Source: Candidatus Zambryskibacteria bacterium RIFCSPLOWO2_02_FULL_51_21
GTDB taxonomy: Bacteria; Patescibacteriota; Minisyncoccia; Phycocordibacterales; Zambryskibacteraceae
Length of the DNA stretch: 64,000 nt
Direction of reading: 5' to 3'
Assembly (NCBI GenBank): GCA_001824255.1
Contig: MHWQ01000002.1
Coordinates: 139,548 to 203,547, forward strand
Shown: one piece after another, positions 36,579 through 46,304 of the stretch
Numbering within the stretch: the first letter of the stretch is position 1
How the letters are laid out: every line of letters begins with the position of its first letter
Translations under genes and position numbers: made by a program
The notes under the pieces: model-generated
What the model was told of the DNA's origin: nothing
Databases searched by the model: none
What the model saw: the letters and a program-made list of their open reading frames with translations, nothing else

Positions 36579-38534
36579 ATGGCAGAAAAGAAGGCTAATT
36601 ACAGCGCTGAATCTATCACTGTTTTGGAGGGTCTTGAACCTGTCAGGAAGAGACCTGGCATGTACATCGGCACGACTGGACCGGACGGTCTCCACCACCT
36701 GGTTACCGAGATTTTCGACAACTCCAGGGACGAGGCCATGGGCGGCTTCGCCAATGATATTGAGGTGGCGCTTCTGCCCGGCAACCGCGTGCGAGTGGTA
36801 GACAATGGCCGAGGCATCCCGGTTGATATTCATAAACAGACGAAAGTTTCCGCGCTCGAAACAATCATGACCACTCTCCATGCCGGAGGCAAATTCGGCG
36901 GCGAAGGATACAAGGTTTCCGGCGGTCTCCATGGTGTCGGCGCTTCGGTAGTAAACGCCCTTTCTGTTTATTGCCGAGCGGAGGTGCACAAAGACGGAGG
37001 CATTTATATGCAGGAGTACAGCAAGGGTAAGAGGAAAGCCGCGGTAAAGAAAATTGGACCGTCGAAGCAGACCGGCACCATCATCACTTTCCAGCCGGAC
37101 CCGGAAATATTCCCCAACACTGACTTCGACTTCGACCAGATAGTCACTCACATGCGCCAGCAAGCGTATTTGGTGAAGGGCTTGCGCATCAGTATTCTTG
37201 ATGCGCGAGAAGCCAACAAAATTGATGATTCCGGAATCTTTTACATCCGCGAGCTGGGCCTCAACACTCCGTCCATGTCGTTTTATTTCGAGGGGGGGCT
37301 GGTCTCGCTTGTGCGTTTCGAGAATGAGCACCTGAAGCCGATGCATAGGAATATTTTCTACGTCGAGAAGATGGCTAACGGCAACGACTACGAGACAGTC
37401 GAGGTGGCGCTCCAGTACGTCGAAGATATTTCTTCGCGCCTTCTGCCTTTTGCAAACAATATCTACACTGCCGAGGGTGGCACACATGTCACCGGCTTCA
37501 AGACGGCCTTGACGCGAACCATCAACTCCTACGCCAGGAAAAACAACCTCGTAAGCGAGAAGGAAGACAACTTCACCGGCGACGACGTCTTCGAAGGACT
37601 CACGGCGGTGCTTTCGGTCAAGCTGCGGGAAATCCAGTTCGAAGGCCAGACCAAGGGCAAGCTCGGCTCTGTCGAGGCCCAAGCCATGGTCACGACCGTC
37701 TTCGGCGAGGCCTTCGGCCAGTTCCTCGAGGAGAATCCGGACGACGCCAAGGCCATTATCCAGAAGGTGGTGCTGGCTCTTAAAGCCCGTAAAGCGGCCA
37801 AGGCGGCCAAGGACTCGGTCCTGCGCAAAGGCGCCTTGGAGGGCATGACGCTCCCGGGCAAGCTTGCCGACTGCCAGAGTCGCTCGGCCGAGGAGTCGGA
37901 GCTATTCATTGTCGAGGGAGATTCCGCCGGCGGCACGGCCAAGATGGGCAGGGACAGGCGCATCCAGGCGATTCTTCCTCTGCGGGGAAAAATTTTGAAT
38001 ATAGAACGAGCTCGTCTCGACCGTATGCTCGCCAGCGAACAAATCAAGAACCTGGTCGTCGCTCTCGGCACGGCGATAGGGGACACATTCGATATTTCGA
38101 AGCTCCGTTATCACAAGATTATTATCGCGACCGATGCCGACGTGGACGGCGCGCATATTCGCACCCTTCTCCTTACTCTGCTTTACCGCTTCTTCCGCCC
38201 GCTTATCGACGCAGGGCATGTTTACATCGCTCAGCCGCCGCTTTATAAAATCAAGAAGGGCAAGGAAGTCCACTACGTGTACTCCGAAGCGGAGAAGAAC
38301 AGAATCACTGACGAGAACACCGGCGATATCCAGCGCTACAAAGGTCTCGGAGAAATGAATTCCGACGAACTCTGGGAAACCACCATGGACCCGGCCAAAA
38401 GGATTTTGAAACTCGTCAAGGTTGAGGACGCCCGCGAAGCCGACCGCATCTTCGACATCCTCATGGGTAGCGACGTCCCGTCCCGAAAATCTTTCATACA
38501 ATCGAATGCCAAAAAAGCCGTTTTGGATATCTAA
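36579..38534 (+). CDS. gyrB: DNA gyrase subunit B (type IIA topoisomerase ATPase subunit)
   Basis: 'LEGLEPVRKRPGMYIGTTG', GHKL ATPase, Toprim 'EGDSAGG', 'PLRGKILN'. 651 aa. Confidence 0.85.
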   Translation: MAEKKANYSAESITVLEGLEPVRKRPGMYIGTTGPDGLHHLVTEIFDNSRDEAMGGFANDIEVALLPGNRVRVVDNGRGIPVDIHKQTKVSALETIMTTLHAGGKFGGEGYKVSGGLHGVGASVVNALSVYCRAEVHKDGGIYMQEYSKGKRKAAVKKIGPSKQTGTIITFQPDPEIFPNTDFDFDQIVTHMRQQAYLVKGLRISILDAREANKIDDSGIFYIRELGLNTPSMSFYFEGGLVSLVRFENEHLKPMHRNIFYVEKMANGNDYETVEVALQYVEDISSRLLPFANNIYTAEGGTHVTGFKTALTRTINSYARKNNLVSEKEDNFTGDDVFEGLTAVLSVKLREIQFEGQTKGKLGSVEAQAMVTTVFGEAFGQFLEENPDDAKAIIQKVVLALKARKAAKAAKDSVLRKGALEGMTLPGKLADCQSRSAEESELFIVEGDSAGGTAKMGRDRRIQAILPLRGKILNIERARLDRMLASEQIKNLVVALGTAIGDTFDISKLRYHKIIIATDADVDGAHIRTLLLTLLYRFFRPLIDAGHVYIAQPPLYKIKKGKEVHYVYSEAEKNRITDENTGDIQRYKGLGEMNSDELWETTMDPAKRILKLVKVEDAREADRIFDILMGSDVPSRKSFIQSNAKKAVLDI

Positions 38535-38611
38535 AGTTGTGCTTGACAATGGGGTTATAATCTGTTTTACTTAATGCAGACAGCCAATTTGGCTAATTCA
38601 AGGAGTAGCCA

Positions 38612-39316
38612 GTGAGAAACGATGTCGTTGCCCGCTTTACGTTCTTGGTCTTATCGGTACTCCTCCTCATCTCGCTCTTCGGCCGATGCGCGCACGCGCA
38701 GGCAGCGAGTGAGAAGGGCTACAGGATTTCCGCAATCTCGTCCGGCTCTGGGGAAAGCCCGATTACCTCGGGCATCTTCGCCACCATGCAGCTCAAGAAC
38801 AGCGGCTGTGGCTTCATCGAGGTAACGGCCCAGGAGACACAGGCGTGGCTCATGCACGGCTGCGACAAGGACTTCGGCCCCGTGCGTACCAACCTGTACT
38901 GGTCGGTTGGCCACCAGGGAGGCGCTCCGTGGGTCGGACCGTACCTCGCCGCGACCATTCCATTCGCCAAAGTCGGCGGGCACGAAATCTCCCTCACGGG
39001 ACTCGCCTGGCCAGGATTCTTCCTGGGACGGGAACCGAGTAGCCGAAGGACGGAAAACGACGGGGTCCAAAACCATGAAGCGCTGCTCGCCGGCTGGTTC
39101 GAGCTCCTTTCGCTAAATGTGGGGCGAGTGTCATTCACCGCCTCGCATCTGAACTACCTCGACACCCCGAATGAGTATCTCTACGGTGTCGAGTACACCA
39201 AGAAACTCGTCGAGAATGTCGACGCGAAGGGGAGCGTCAACTGGTACCAAGCCAAGAAGCCGGAAGATAGGCGCTTCATGTACTTCATCGGCGCCACCTG
39301 GCGGCCGAAGAAATAG
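38612..39316 (+). CDS. hypothetical secreted protein (high-GC islet)
   Basis: Signal peptide 'FLVLSVLLLISLFGRCAHAQA'. Local GC ~60% gives shadow ORFs in all frames. No domain recognised. Confidence 0.4.
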   Translation: MRNDVVARFTFLVLSVLLLISLFGRCAHAQAASEKGYRISAISSGSGESPITSGIFATMQLKNSGCGFIEVTAQETQAWLMHGCDKDFGPVRTNLYWSVGHQGGAPWVGPYLAATIPFAKVGGHEISLTGLAWPGFFLGREPSSRRTENDGVQNHEALLAGWFELLSLNVGRVSFTASHLNYLDTPNEYLYGVEYTKKLVENVDAKGSVNWYQAKKPEDRRFMYFIGATWRPKK

Positions 39317-39431
39317 CAAGTTCGCTCGCGCCGCGGGGACCATCTGGTCTCCCGCGGCGTTTTTGTTTACTTGACTATTCTGTTTCAGAAATGCATAGTA
39401 CAGGAAGACGTTCACCCGGCATTTAGGCCTT

Positions 39432-40025
39432 GTGCCTGGAGAAAAAGCCATGTTCAACTTTCTCAGGACCTTCGTCGTCAGCGCATTCGTTTTCGCTTTC
39501 GGGCTCATGGCGAGCATGAAGCTCTTCGGAGTCGAACTGCCGTCTGACCCAGACGTCGTGTTCCTCTGCATCATGCTCGTAGTGGGACTGGTCGCCAGTC
39601 TCGTGGAGACCCTGCTCTCGCAGCGACGCAAGCTCCGACAACTCGACGCGGCGCTGTGGCTCTTCTGGCAAGTGGGAGAGAGAAAGGAAATGCAAGATCG
39701 TCTCGATGCTTTGCTGGAATCGCGTGCGTCCGGGATCCAGGAGGCGGAAGCGTACTTGAACACCTTGTATCTTGAGGGAGTGAAGGGCGCCCCTCATCTA
39801 GCGCTCTTCAATTCAAGCAATGTGAGGAAGACCCATCGAGATGAAGAGTGTGGGCGGAAAGATAATATCAGATTCGCGGAAAACGCCTTCTTCTCGCTCT
39901 ACGACCATGCCGTGGCGGCGAGGAAGGAACTCCCAGGCCTGAAACTCAAGGATCGCTTCTGGAAGCTCTACCTGAAGCAGCCGGAGAACCCCGCCGAACC
40001 GGAAAAAACCGGCACGGCGGACTGA
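39432..40025 (+). CDS. hypothetical 2-TM membrane protein (high-GC islet)
   Basis: Two N-terminal TM helices, then a charged soluble domain. Terminator follows. Confidence 0.4.
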   Translation: MPGEKAMFNFLRTFVVSAFVFAFGLMASMKLFGVELPSDPDVVFLCIMLVVGLVASLVETLLSQRRKLRQLDAALWLFWQVGERKEMQDRLDALLESRASGIQEAEAYLNTLYLEGVKGAPHLALFNSSNVRKTHRDEECGRKDNIRFAENAFFSLYDHAVAARKELPGLKLKDRFWKLYLKQPENPAEPEKTGTAD

Positions 40026-40044
40026 ATCGCCGCCTAGCGACGGC

Positions 40045-40075
40045 CTAAAGACTGGCGGACCCTTGCGGGTCCGCC
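40045..40075 (+). terminator. Rho-independent terminator
   Basis: 'ggcggacccttgcgggtccgcc' + ttttcactt. Confidence 0.65.
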
Positions 40076-40186
40076 TTTTCACTTATCCACAGTTTGAAGG
40101 GAAAAGGAGGGTATTGCGTCTAGTATTGTGGCGATGGGTGGGATAGAATGTTAAGGGGTGGGAAAAAGTGGTATTATGAAAAAAAT

Positions 40187-40582
40187 ATGTTTATTGGCGA
40201 ATACACCCATAATCTCGACGAGAAGAATCGTTTCTCTCTTCCAGCGAGACTCCGAAAAGCTCTCGGCAGGAAAGTCGTTGTTACTCGAGGCAAAGATCAT
40301 TGCCTTTTTCTCTATCCCAGCGGGACCTGGCTTCAAATCTCACAAGAGGTTAAGAAGTTAGGCCACGTGGAAGCGGACCCGCGCTTCGCCAGGTTCACCT
40401 TCGCCGGCGCGGCCGAGATTGAGATTGACTCCTTGGGCAGGATTCTAATCCCCGAATTCTTGCGGGAATTCGCTGAGCTCGCAAACTCGATTGTCATCAC
40501 CGGAGTCCACGATAGAGTGGAAATTTGGAATGACAAGAAGTGGGCCGCTTACAGAAAGAAGCTTGAATCGGAATATGCATAA
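40187..40582 (+). CDS. mraZ: transcriptional regulator MraZ
   Basis: 'MFIGEYTHNLDEKNRFSLPARLRKALG' plus a second SpoVT/AbrB-like repeat 'DSLGRILIPEFLRE'. Confidence 0.85.
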   Translation: MFIGEYTHNLDEKNRFSLPARLRKALGRKVVVTRGKDHCLFLYPSGTWLQISQEVKKLGHVEADPRFARFTFAGAAEIEIDSLGRILIPEFLREFAELANSIVITGVHDRVEIWNDKKWAAYRKKLESEYA

Positions 40583-41384
40583 GCCGGTCCTTTTGCGGGA
40601 AGTCATAAGCAATCTGAATTTGAAGGATGGGGAAGTGTTTGTGGACGCGACATACGGAGCCGGCGGTCATACAAAAGAGGTTCTGAAGAGATTCCCGGGA
40701 GTGAAAGCCATAAGCATTGACCAGGACCCGGAAACTCACGCCGATATCACCGGCAATTTCCGGGACTTGGACAAGCTTATCGGCGACACAAGACCGGATG
40801 CCATCCTTCTCGACATCGGCCTCTCGAGCGACCAGCTAGAAAATTCCGGCCTGCCTGCCGGTAGGCAGGGCAGGGGATTCTCTTTCCAGAGAGACGAGCC
40901 GCTCGATATGCGGATGTCGGGGAAAGGAATTACGGCCGCCGAAATCCTCAACTCCTGGGACGAGCCAGCCATTGAGCTCATCCTCCGGGGATTCGGCGAA
41001 GAGCGATTCTCAAGATTAATCGCGAAGAGAATTGTCGAGAGAAGACAAACGAAGCCGTTCAAAACCACTTTCGACTTAGTAGATGTGATAGGTGGTAAGC
41101 GAAGCAAGATTCATCCGGCCACCCGCACTTTCCAGGCCTTGCGCATCGCCACGAACGAAGAACTCGCGGCTCTCGAAGAAGGTCTGGAGAAGGCATGGCA
41201 AGTCTTGAAGCCGGGCGGCAGGATTCTGGTCATAAGCTTCCACAGCTTGGAAGACAGGATAGTGAAGAACTTCGCGAAGAGGGTAATGGGCAAAGCAAGG
41301 AAACCCATTACTCCTTCCGACGAAGAAATTGGCGAGAACCCGAGGTCGAGAAGCGCCAAATTAAGAATCATCGAAAAACCATGA
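40575..41384 (+). CDS. rsmH: 16S rRNA (cytosine1402-N4)-methyltransferase RsmH
   Basis: 'MHKPVLLREVISNL', 'DATYGAGGHT', 'GGRILVISFHSLEDRIVK'. Confidence 0.9.
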   Translation: MHKPVLLREVISNLNLKDGEVFVDATYGAGGHTKEVLKRFPGVKAISIDQDPETHADITGNFRDLDKLIGDTRPDAILLDIGLSSDQLENSGLPAGRQGRGFSFQRDEPLDMRMSGKGITAAEILNSWDEPAIELILRGFGEERFSRLIAKRIVERRQTKPFKTTFDLVDVIGGKRSKIHPATRTFQALRIATNEELAALEEGLEKAWQVLKPGGRILVISFHSLEDRIVKNFAKRVMGKARKPITPSDEEIGENPRSRSAKLRIIEKP

Positions 41385-41761
41385 TAAAAAAATTCAGGAT
41401 AAGCGACGAACAGCTTGCTCTGCCGTTCAGAGAAAGGCCCGCAAGGGTTCTCTCTCTCCGGAGAGTCAGTTACGAAGACCGCCAGAGGACCTTCTGGGTG
41501 CTGGCGGGCATTTCCATATTTTCCCTTTTCATCTATTTTTACGCCGTAAACGCTATCGCCAGGAACACCGCCTTGAGGAGCAATCTGGAAGCCCATCTCT
41601 CCGACGCCGGTTCCCGCATCGGAGCTTTGGAATTCTCATATATCGAGCTGCGAAACGGCATTACGAAAGAAAAAGCGGGCGAACTCGGCTTTTCTGAGGT
41701 AAAATCTCCTCTATACGTCTCAAGAAATGCCGCTGCCGCCCTTACTTTCCATTCAGAATAG
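41381..41761 (+). CDS. ftsL: FtsL-like cell-division protein (single TM + coiled coil)
   Basis: Position between rsmH and ftsI. One TM 'FWVLAGISIFSLFIYFYAV', then helix. Confidence 0.5.
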   Translation: MIKKFRISDEQLALPFRERPARVLSLRRVSYEDRQRTFWVLAGISIFSLFIYFYAVNAIARNTALRSNLEAHLSDAGSRIGALEFSYIELRNGITKEKAGELGFSEVKSPLYVSRNAAAALTFHSE

Positions 41762-43496
41762 GTTACGCTTCCTCTCCCTTCTCATACTTCTTTTCGCGCT
41801 GTTCCTTATTGCGAAGCTTTATGCCGTGCAGATTATTTCCGGAGAAGACTTCGAGCTCAAGGCGGAGCACCAGTACGTGGCGGGGGTGAATTATTTCGAC
41901 CGGGGCTCGATTTTCTTCTCCACCAGGGACGGGTCGCTCGTGCCGGCGGCGACGGTCAAGCTCGGCTTCATCCTCCACATCAATCCCGGCATATTAATCG
42001 AGTACGGAGCGGTAGAGAGCACCTACGAGAAATTGAACGCCATCGTCCCCCTCGACAAAGCGGATTATCTCGCCAAGGCGGGGAGGACCAGCGACCCGTA
42101 CGAAGAGCTCAAGAGGCGCCTCGGGGAAGATGAGGCGAGACAAATCCAGGCCTTGAAGATTCCCGGCGTGGCCGTCACGCGCGAGAGATGGCGCGTTTAT
42201 CCCGGAGAGACCATGGCCGCCCACGCGGTGGGACTTATCGGCTACGGTCCGACGGGAAGCGAGATTGCAGGCCGCTATGGACTCGAACGCAAGTACGAAG
42301 ACGTCCTCGGCAGGAAGGGCGACGATGTCTTCGTCAATTTCTTCGCGGAAATATTTTCCAATATCAAGGATAAGGCCTTGGGTGACGGTGCGCTCGACGG
42401 CGACATCGTCACGACCATCGAGCCCTCGGTCGAGGCCTTCCTCGAAAGCGAGATTAAGAAGGTGAACGACCAGTACTTATCAGAATTTACCGGCGGCATC
42501 GTCATCGACCCCACGACGGGCGAGATTGCCGCCATGGCGCTGACGCCGACTTTCGACCCTAACTCTCCGCAAGAAGCGGAAAGTTCAAATATTTTTTCTA
42601 ATAAACTTATCGAAGACCGCTATGAAATGGGCTCGATTATAAAGGCCATGACCATGGCCTCCGCCCTTGATGCCAAAGCGGTAACGGCCAAGACCGCTTA
42701 CAACGACCCGGGCTGCATGACTTTGAATACTAAGACTTTCTGCAACTACGACCTGCGCTCTCACGGTACCAGCGTCACCATGCAGCAGGTGCTCGATCAA
42801 TCGCTCAACACCGGCGCCGCCTTCGCCGCGCTCCGGATGGGCCCGAAAAAGTTTGACGAATACATGCTCCGCTTCGGCCTGGGGGACCTCACGGGCATAG
42901 ATTTGCCGAATGAGGGCAATTCGCTCGTTTCCAATTTGAAGACCAATAGGGAACTCGAGGCCGCCCAGGCCTCCTTCGGCCAAGGCATCGCGCTCACCCC
43001 TATAACGACCGTACGGGCCATGTCGGCCTTGGCGAACGGCGGTACGCTTATTACACCCCATTTGGTCAAGGAGATACGCTATAAAATAGGACCAAATAAA
43101 ACACTTAGTTATCCGGCAGCCGGAGAAGGGGAGAGGGTCATAAGCCCGGAAGCATCGGCCGAGATTTCGAGGATGCTGACGGAAGTTGTGGATACATCTC
43201 TGCGCTACGGTCAGATGAAGATTCAGAACTACTCAATCGCCGCGAAGACCGGCACGGCGCAAATCGCAAATCCGGCCGGCGGCGGCTATTACCAGGACCG
43301 GTTCCTCCACTCCTTCTTCGGCTACTTCCCGTCCTACGACCCGGAGTTCCTGGTCTTCCTCTTCACTTATTATCCGAAAGAAGTGCAGTTTGCTTCCGAG
43401 ACCCTGACCGACTCCTTCTTCAACATCACCAAGTTCCTCATAAATTATTACGAAATCCCGCCGGATAGAGAATCTTCTCCCCAGGCCTCAATTTGA
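41727..43496 (+). CDS. ftsI: penicillin-binding protein 2 / FtsI (peptidoglycan D,D-transpeptidase)
   Basis: N-terminal TM and dimerisation domain. 'GSIIKAM' (SxxK), 'SLN', 'KTGTA'. Confidence 0.85.
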   Translation: MPLPPLLSIQNRLRFLSLLILLFALFLIAKLYAVQIISGEDFELKAEHQYVAGVNYFDRGSIFFSTRDGSLVPAATVKLGFILHINPGILIEYGAVESTYEKLNAIVPLDKADYLAKAGRTSDPYEELKRRLGEDEARQIQALKIPGVAVTRERWRVYPGETMAAHAVGLIGYGPTGSEIAGRYGLERKYEDVLGRKGDDVFVNFFAEIFSNIKDKALGDGALDGDIVTTIEPSVEAFLESEIKKVNDQYLSEFTGGIVIDPTTGEIAAMALTPTFDPNSPQEAESSNIFSNKLIEDRYEMGSIIKAMTMASALDAKAVTAKTAYNDPGCMTLNTKTFCNYDLRSHGTSVTMQQVLDQSLNTGAAFAALRMGPKKFDEYMLRFGLGDLTGIDLPNEGNSLVSNLKTNRELEAAQASFGQGIALTPITTVRAMSALANGGTLITPHLVKEIRYKIGPNKTLSYPAAGEGERVISPEASAEISRMLTEVVDTSLRYGQMKIQNYSIAAKTGTAQIANPAGGGYYQDRFLHSFFGYFPSYDPEFLVFLFTYYPKEVQFASETLTDSFFNITKFLINYYEIPPDRESSPQASI

Positions 43497-43518
43497 CATC
43501 ATACCCCCAGGGGGTATA

Positions 43519-43800
43519 TTGGAAAGCATGCATAAGCATATTGAGAGAGAAAGGGCCGTAAGGCGCCTGCGCCGGGCGGCGGGGCAGATTCGCGGTTTGG
43601 AGAGGATGGTCGAGGAAGGGAAGTATTGCATTGATATAATTAACCAGTCCTTGGCGGTCAAGGGCGCTCTTTCCGCGTTTGAGAGCGACATCCTCGAAAA
43701 CCATTTGAAGACTCACGTCGCCGAACAAGTAAGGAGAGGCGAGAAAAACAAGGTGGCGAAAGAAATTCTCTCAATTTACAAAGTATCCATAGGCAAATAA
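43519..43800 (+). CDS. csoR: CsoR/RcnR-family metal-sensing transcriptional repressor
   Basis: 'RLRRAAGQIRGLERMVEEGKYCIDIINQSLAVKGAL...ENHLKTHV' four-helix DUF156 pattern with Cys/His/His ligands. Confidence 0.75.
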   Translation: MESMHKHIERERAVRRLRRAAGQIRGLERMVEEGKYCIDIINQSLAVKGALSAFESDILENHLKTHVAEQVRRGEKNKVAKEILSIYKVSIGK

Positions 43801-43804
43801 TCTT

Positions 43805-45874
43805 ATGCACAATCACGACTGCTGCCACGGGAATCATGAGACCCATCACAAGCACGAGGAGGGTACTTTCTATACCTGCCCGATGCATCCGGAAATTCTC
43901 CAGGACCGCCCCGGCATGTGCCCAGAGTGCGGCATGAATCTGGTGCCGGTAAAGAAAAAACATGATTCGCACGACCACGACAAACATGCGGGCCACTCGA
44001 CCGCCATGTTTTTGCGCAAATTTTGGGTAAGTCTTATCCTAACTATTCCCGTCATTCTCTACGCCGATGCTGTCGCAATAATTTTCAAGTGGACTCCGCC
44101 GGCCTTCCCCGGCTCCCGTTATTTGAGCTTCGTACTAGGTTCAATTGTCTTCTTTTACGGCGGCTGGGTCTTCCTTGCTTCGGCAAAGAGGGAAGTGGAG
44201 GCGCGTCTGCCCGGTATGATGACGCTTATCGCCCTGGCAATTTCGGCGGCCTATCTCTGGAGCGTTTACGCGGTCTTCGCGGGCGAGGAAGCTCTCTTCT
44301 GGGAACTGACTACTCTTATTACCATCATGCTTTTGGGCCACTGGCTTGAGATGCGCGCGGTCTCCGGCGCGCAAGGAGCCCTGAAAGAGCTTTCGAAGCT
44401 TCTGCCTGACATGGCAGAAGTGATTCGTGGCGGCAAAACGGAAACAATTCCGCTTGCCGAACTCCGCGAAAGTGACATTGTCTTCGTCCGTCCGGGAGCA
44501 AAGATTCCCGCCGACGGTGTCATTATGGAAGGGGAAACCGAGGTCAATGAATCCATGGTTACGGGCGAATCCAAACCCGTGGGGAAAAAAGAGAATGACG
44601 CCGTCATCGCCGGCACCATCAACGGCGACGGTTCTCTCAAAATCAAGGTAACGCAGATCGGCGAACACACTTTCCTAGCGGGTGTCATGCGCCTGGTGGC
44701 TGAGGCGCAGGCCTCCAAATCCCGGCTTCAAATCCTCTCGGACCGCGCCGCGCTCTACCTTACTTTCGTCGCGGTCATAGGCGGAGCCGCGACGCTTGTT
44801 GCCTGGCTTCTTGCCGGAGCTGAAGTGAGTTTCGCCGTAGCCCGACTTGTCGCTGTCCTCGTCATTGCCTGCCCGCACGCGCTCGGTCTCGCCGTGCCTC
44901 TTATCGCCTCGATTTCCACGACCAAGGCGGCGCAGAACGGCTTCCTCGTCAAACAACGCCTCTCGCTTGAGGCGGCGCGTTCCGTCGATACGGTTCTCTT
45001 TGACAAAACCGGAACCTTGACCAAGGGGGAGTTCGGGGTAGTTTCCGCGAGTTCCGACGAAGCATTGGCCCTGGCCGCGTCAGTCGATTCGCATTCCGAG
45101 CATCCTGTTGCCAAGGGTATCGTGAGAGAGGCAATAAAGCGCGGCCTTGAGTTGAAAGAAGTAAAGAATTTCAAGCGCATCAAAGGCGTCGGTTCCGAAG
45201 CAGAACTTGTGGATATAGGTTCTGCAAGTTTAAGTGTAAAGAAAATTTTCGTCGGCCACCGGGGCGAAGACGGCATAGTGGTAGAAGTGGATGGCAAAAA
45301 AATCGGCGACATCAAGCTTGCGGATGAAATCAGGCCCGAAGCGCGCGAAGCAATCGCCGCACTGAAGAAAATGAACATCAAGGTAGCAATGATTACCGGC
45401 GACTCGGAAGAAGTGGCCGCCTCTGTCGCCAAAGAACTTGGGATAGACGAATACTTCGCCAGAGTGATGCCGGGGGAGAAATCCGAGAAAATAAAAATTC
45501 TTCAATCGAAAGGACAGAAGGTCGCCATGGTCGGCGACGGCATCAATGACGCCCCGGCGCTTACCCGAGCCGACCTGGGACTCGCGATTGGCGCCGGCAC
45601 CAACGTCGCCATAGAATCTGCCGGCATAATTCTCGTGAGGAACGACCCCCGCGATATTGCAAAAGTGATTAACCTTTCGCGCCTGACTTACACCAAGATG
45701 ATTCAGAATCTCTTCTGGGCAACGGGCTACAACGTGGTAGCCATGCCCTTGGCGGCCGGAGTGCTTTACTCCAAAGGCATTGTGCTTGAACCGGCGGTGG
45801 CGGCGGTGCTTATGTCCGCGAGCACCTTCATCGTAGCCATCAATGCCATGCTGTTAAGAGGAAGGAAAATATGA
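43805..45874 (+). CDS. copB: copper-translocating P1B-type ATPase, CopB-like (CPH motif, His-rich N-terminus)
   Basis: N-term 'MHNHDCCHGNHETHHKHEEG...TCPMHPEI...CPECGM...HDSHDHDKHAGH'. TM 'IACPHALGLA' (CPH). 'DKTGTLT', 'GDGINDAP'. Confidence 0.9.
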   Translation: MHNHDCCHGNHETHHKHEEGTFYTCPMHPEILQDRPGMCPECGMNLVPVKKKHDSHDHDKHAGHSTAMFLRKFWVSLILTIPVILYADAVAIIFKWTPPAFPGSRYLSFVLGSIVFFYGGWVFLASAKREVEARLPGMMTLIALAISAAYLWSVYAVFAGEEALFWELTTLITIMLLGHWLEMRAVSGAQGALKELSKLLPDMAEVIRGGKTETIPLAELRESDIVFVRPGAKIPADGVIMEGETEVNESMVTGESKPVGKKENDAVIAGTINGDGSLKIKVTQIGEHTFLAGVMRLVAEAQASKSRLQILSDRAALYLTFVAVIGGAATLVAWLLAGAEVSFAVARLVAVLVIACPHALGLAVPLIASISTTKAAQNGFLVKQRLSLEAARSVDTVLFDKTGTLTKGEFGVVSASSDEALALAASVDSHSEHPVAKGIVREAIKRGLELKEVKNFKRIKGVGSEAELVDIGSASLSVKKIFVGHRGEDGIVVEVDGKKIGDIKLADEIRPEAREAIAALKKMNIKVAMITGDSEEVAASVAKELGIDEYFARVMPGEKSEKIKILQSKGQKVAMVGDGINDAPALTRADLGLAIGAGTNVAIESAGIILVRNDPRDIAKVINLSRLTYTKMIQNLFWATGYNVVAMPLAAGVLYSKGIVLEPAVAAVLMSASTFIVAINAMLLRGRKI

Positions 45875-45879
45875 TATAA

Positions 45880-46272
45880 TTGATATTAATCATGAAATCC
45901 GCGCTCTCATTGCTCATAGCCGTAAGCTTCGCCGGAGTAGCCCTCCTGGGCTTCGCCATGGTAAACCACAGCGCGAGCCACGCCAATCCGGATTGCTTTG
46001 TCGCTACCTTCGCAAACAGCGCTACCTGCCCGGATACTTTGATAAACTTCGTCAATTACCACGCTTCGGCTCTGCAGAGTCTGTCGCAAGCACTTCTCGC
46101 TGTGGGATTGCTTATCGCCGGCATTATCCTTCTCCCGGCCTTTTTCAAATTAATTGCGGCGAATTTCCTTATACCACTCGAGCGGCGGCGAGAACTCTCT
46201 TTTGCCACAGCCATTAGCGGAAGAAAAATTACCCGCTGGCTCGCGCTATTTGAAAACTCTCCCTCTTTCTAG
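45880..46272 (+). CDS. hypothetical membrane protein with His/Cys cluster
   Basis: TM, then 'NHSASHANPDCFVATFANSATCPD', then a second TM. Sits in the copper island. Confidence 0.4.
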   Translation: MILIMKSALSLLIAVSFAGVALLGFAMVNHSASHANPDCFVATFANSATCPDTLINFVNYHASALQSLSQALLAVGLLIAGIILLPAFFKLIAANFLIPLERRRELSFATAISGRKITRWLALFENSPSF

Positions 46273-46304
46273 TTAGTTTGCCTTACCAGAACTAACTAAA
46301 ATAA

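Noticed and set aside
38651-39138. Multiple overlapping ORFs on both strands in 38.6-39.8 kb (for example 38651..39076 -, 38719..39138 -, 39131..39763 -)
   Set aside because: Consequence of ~60% local GC (stop-codon depletion). Only the + strand ORFs have signal or TM features and the flanking terminator.
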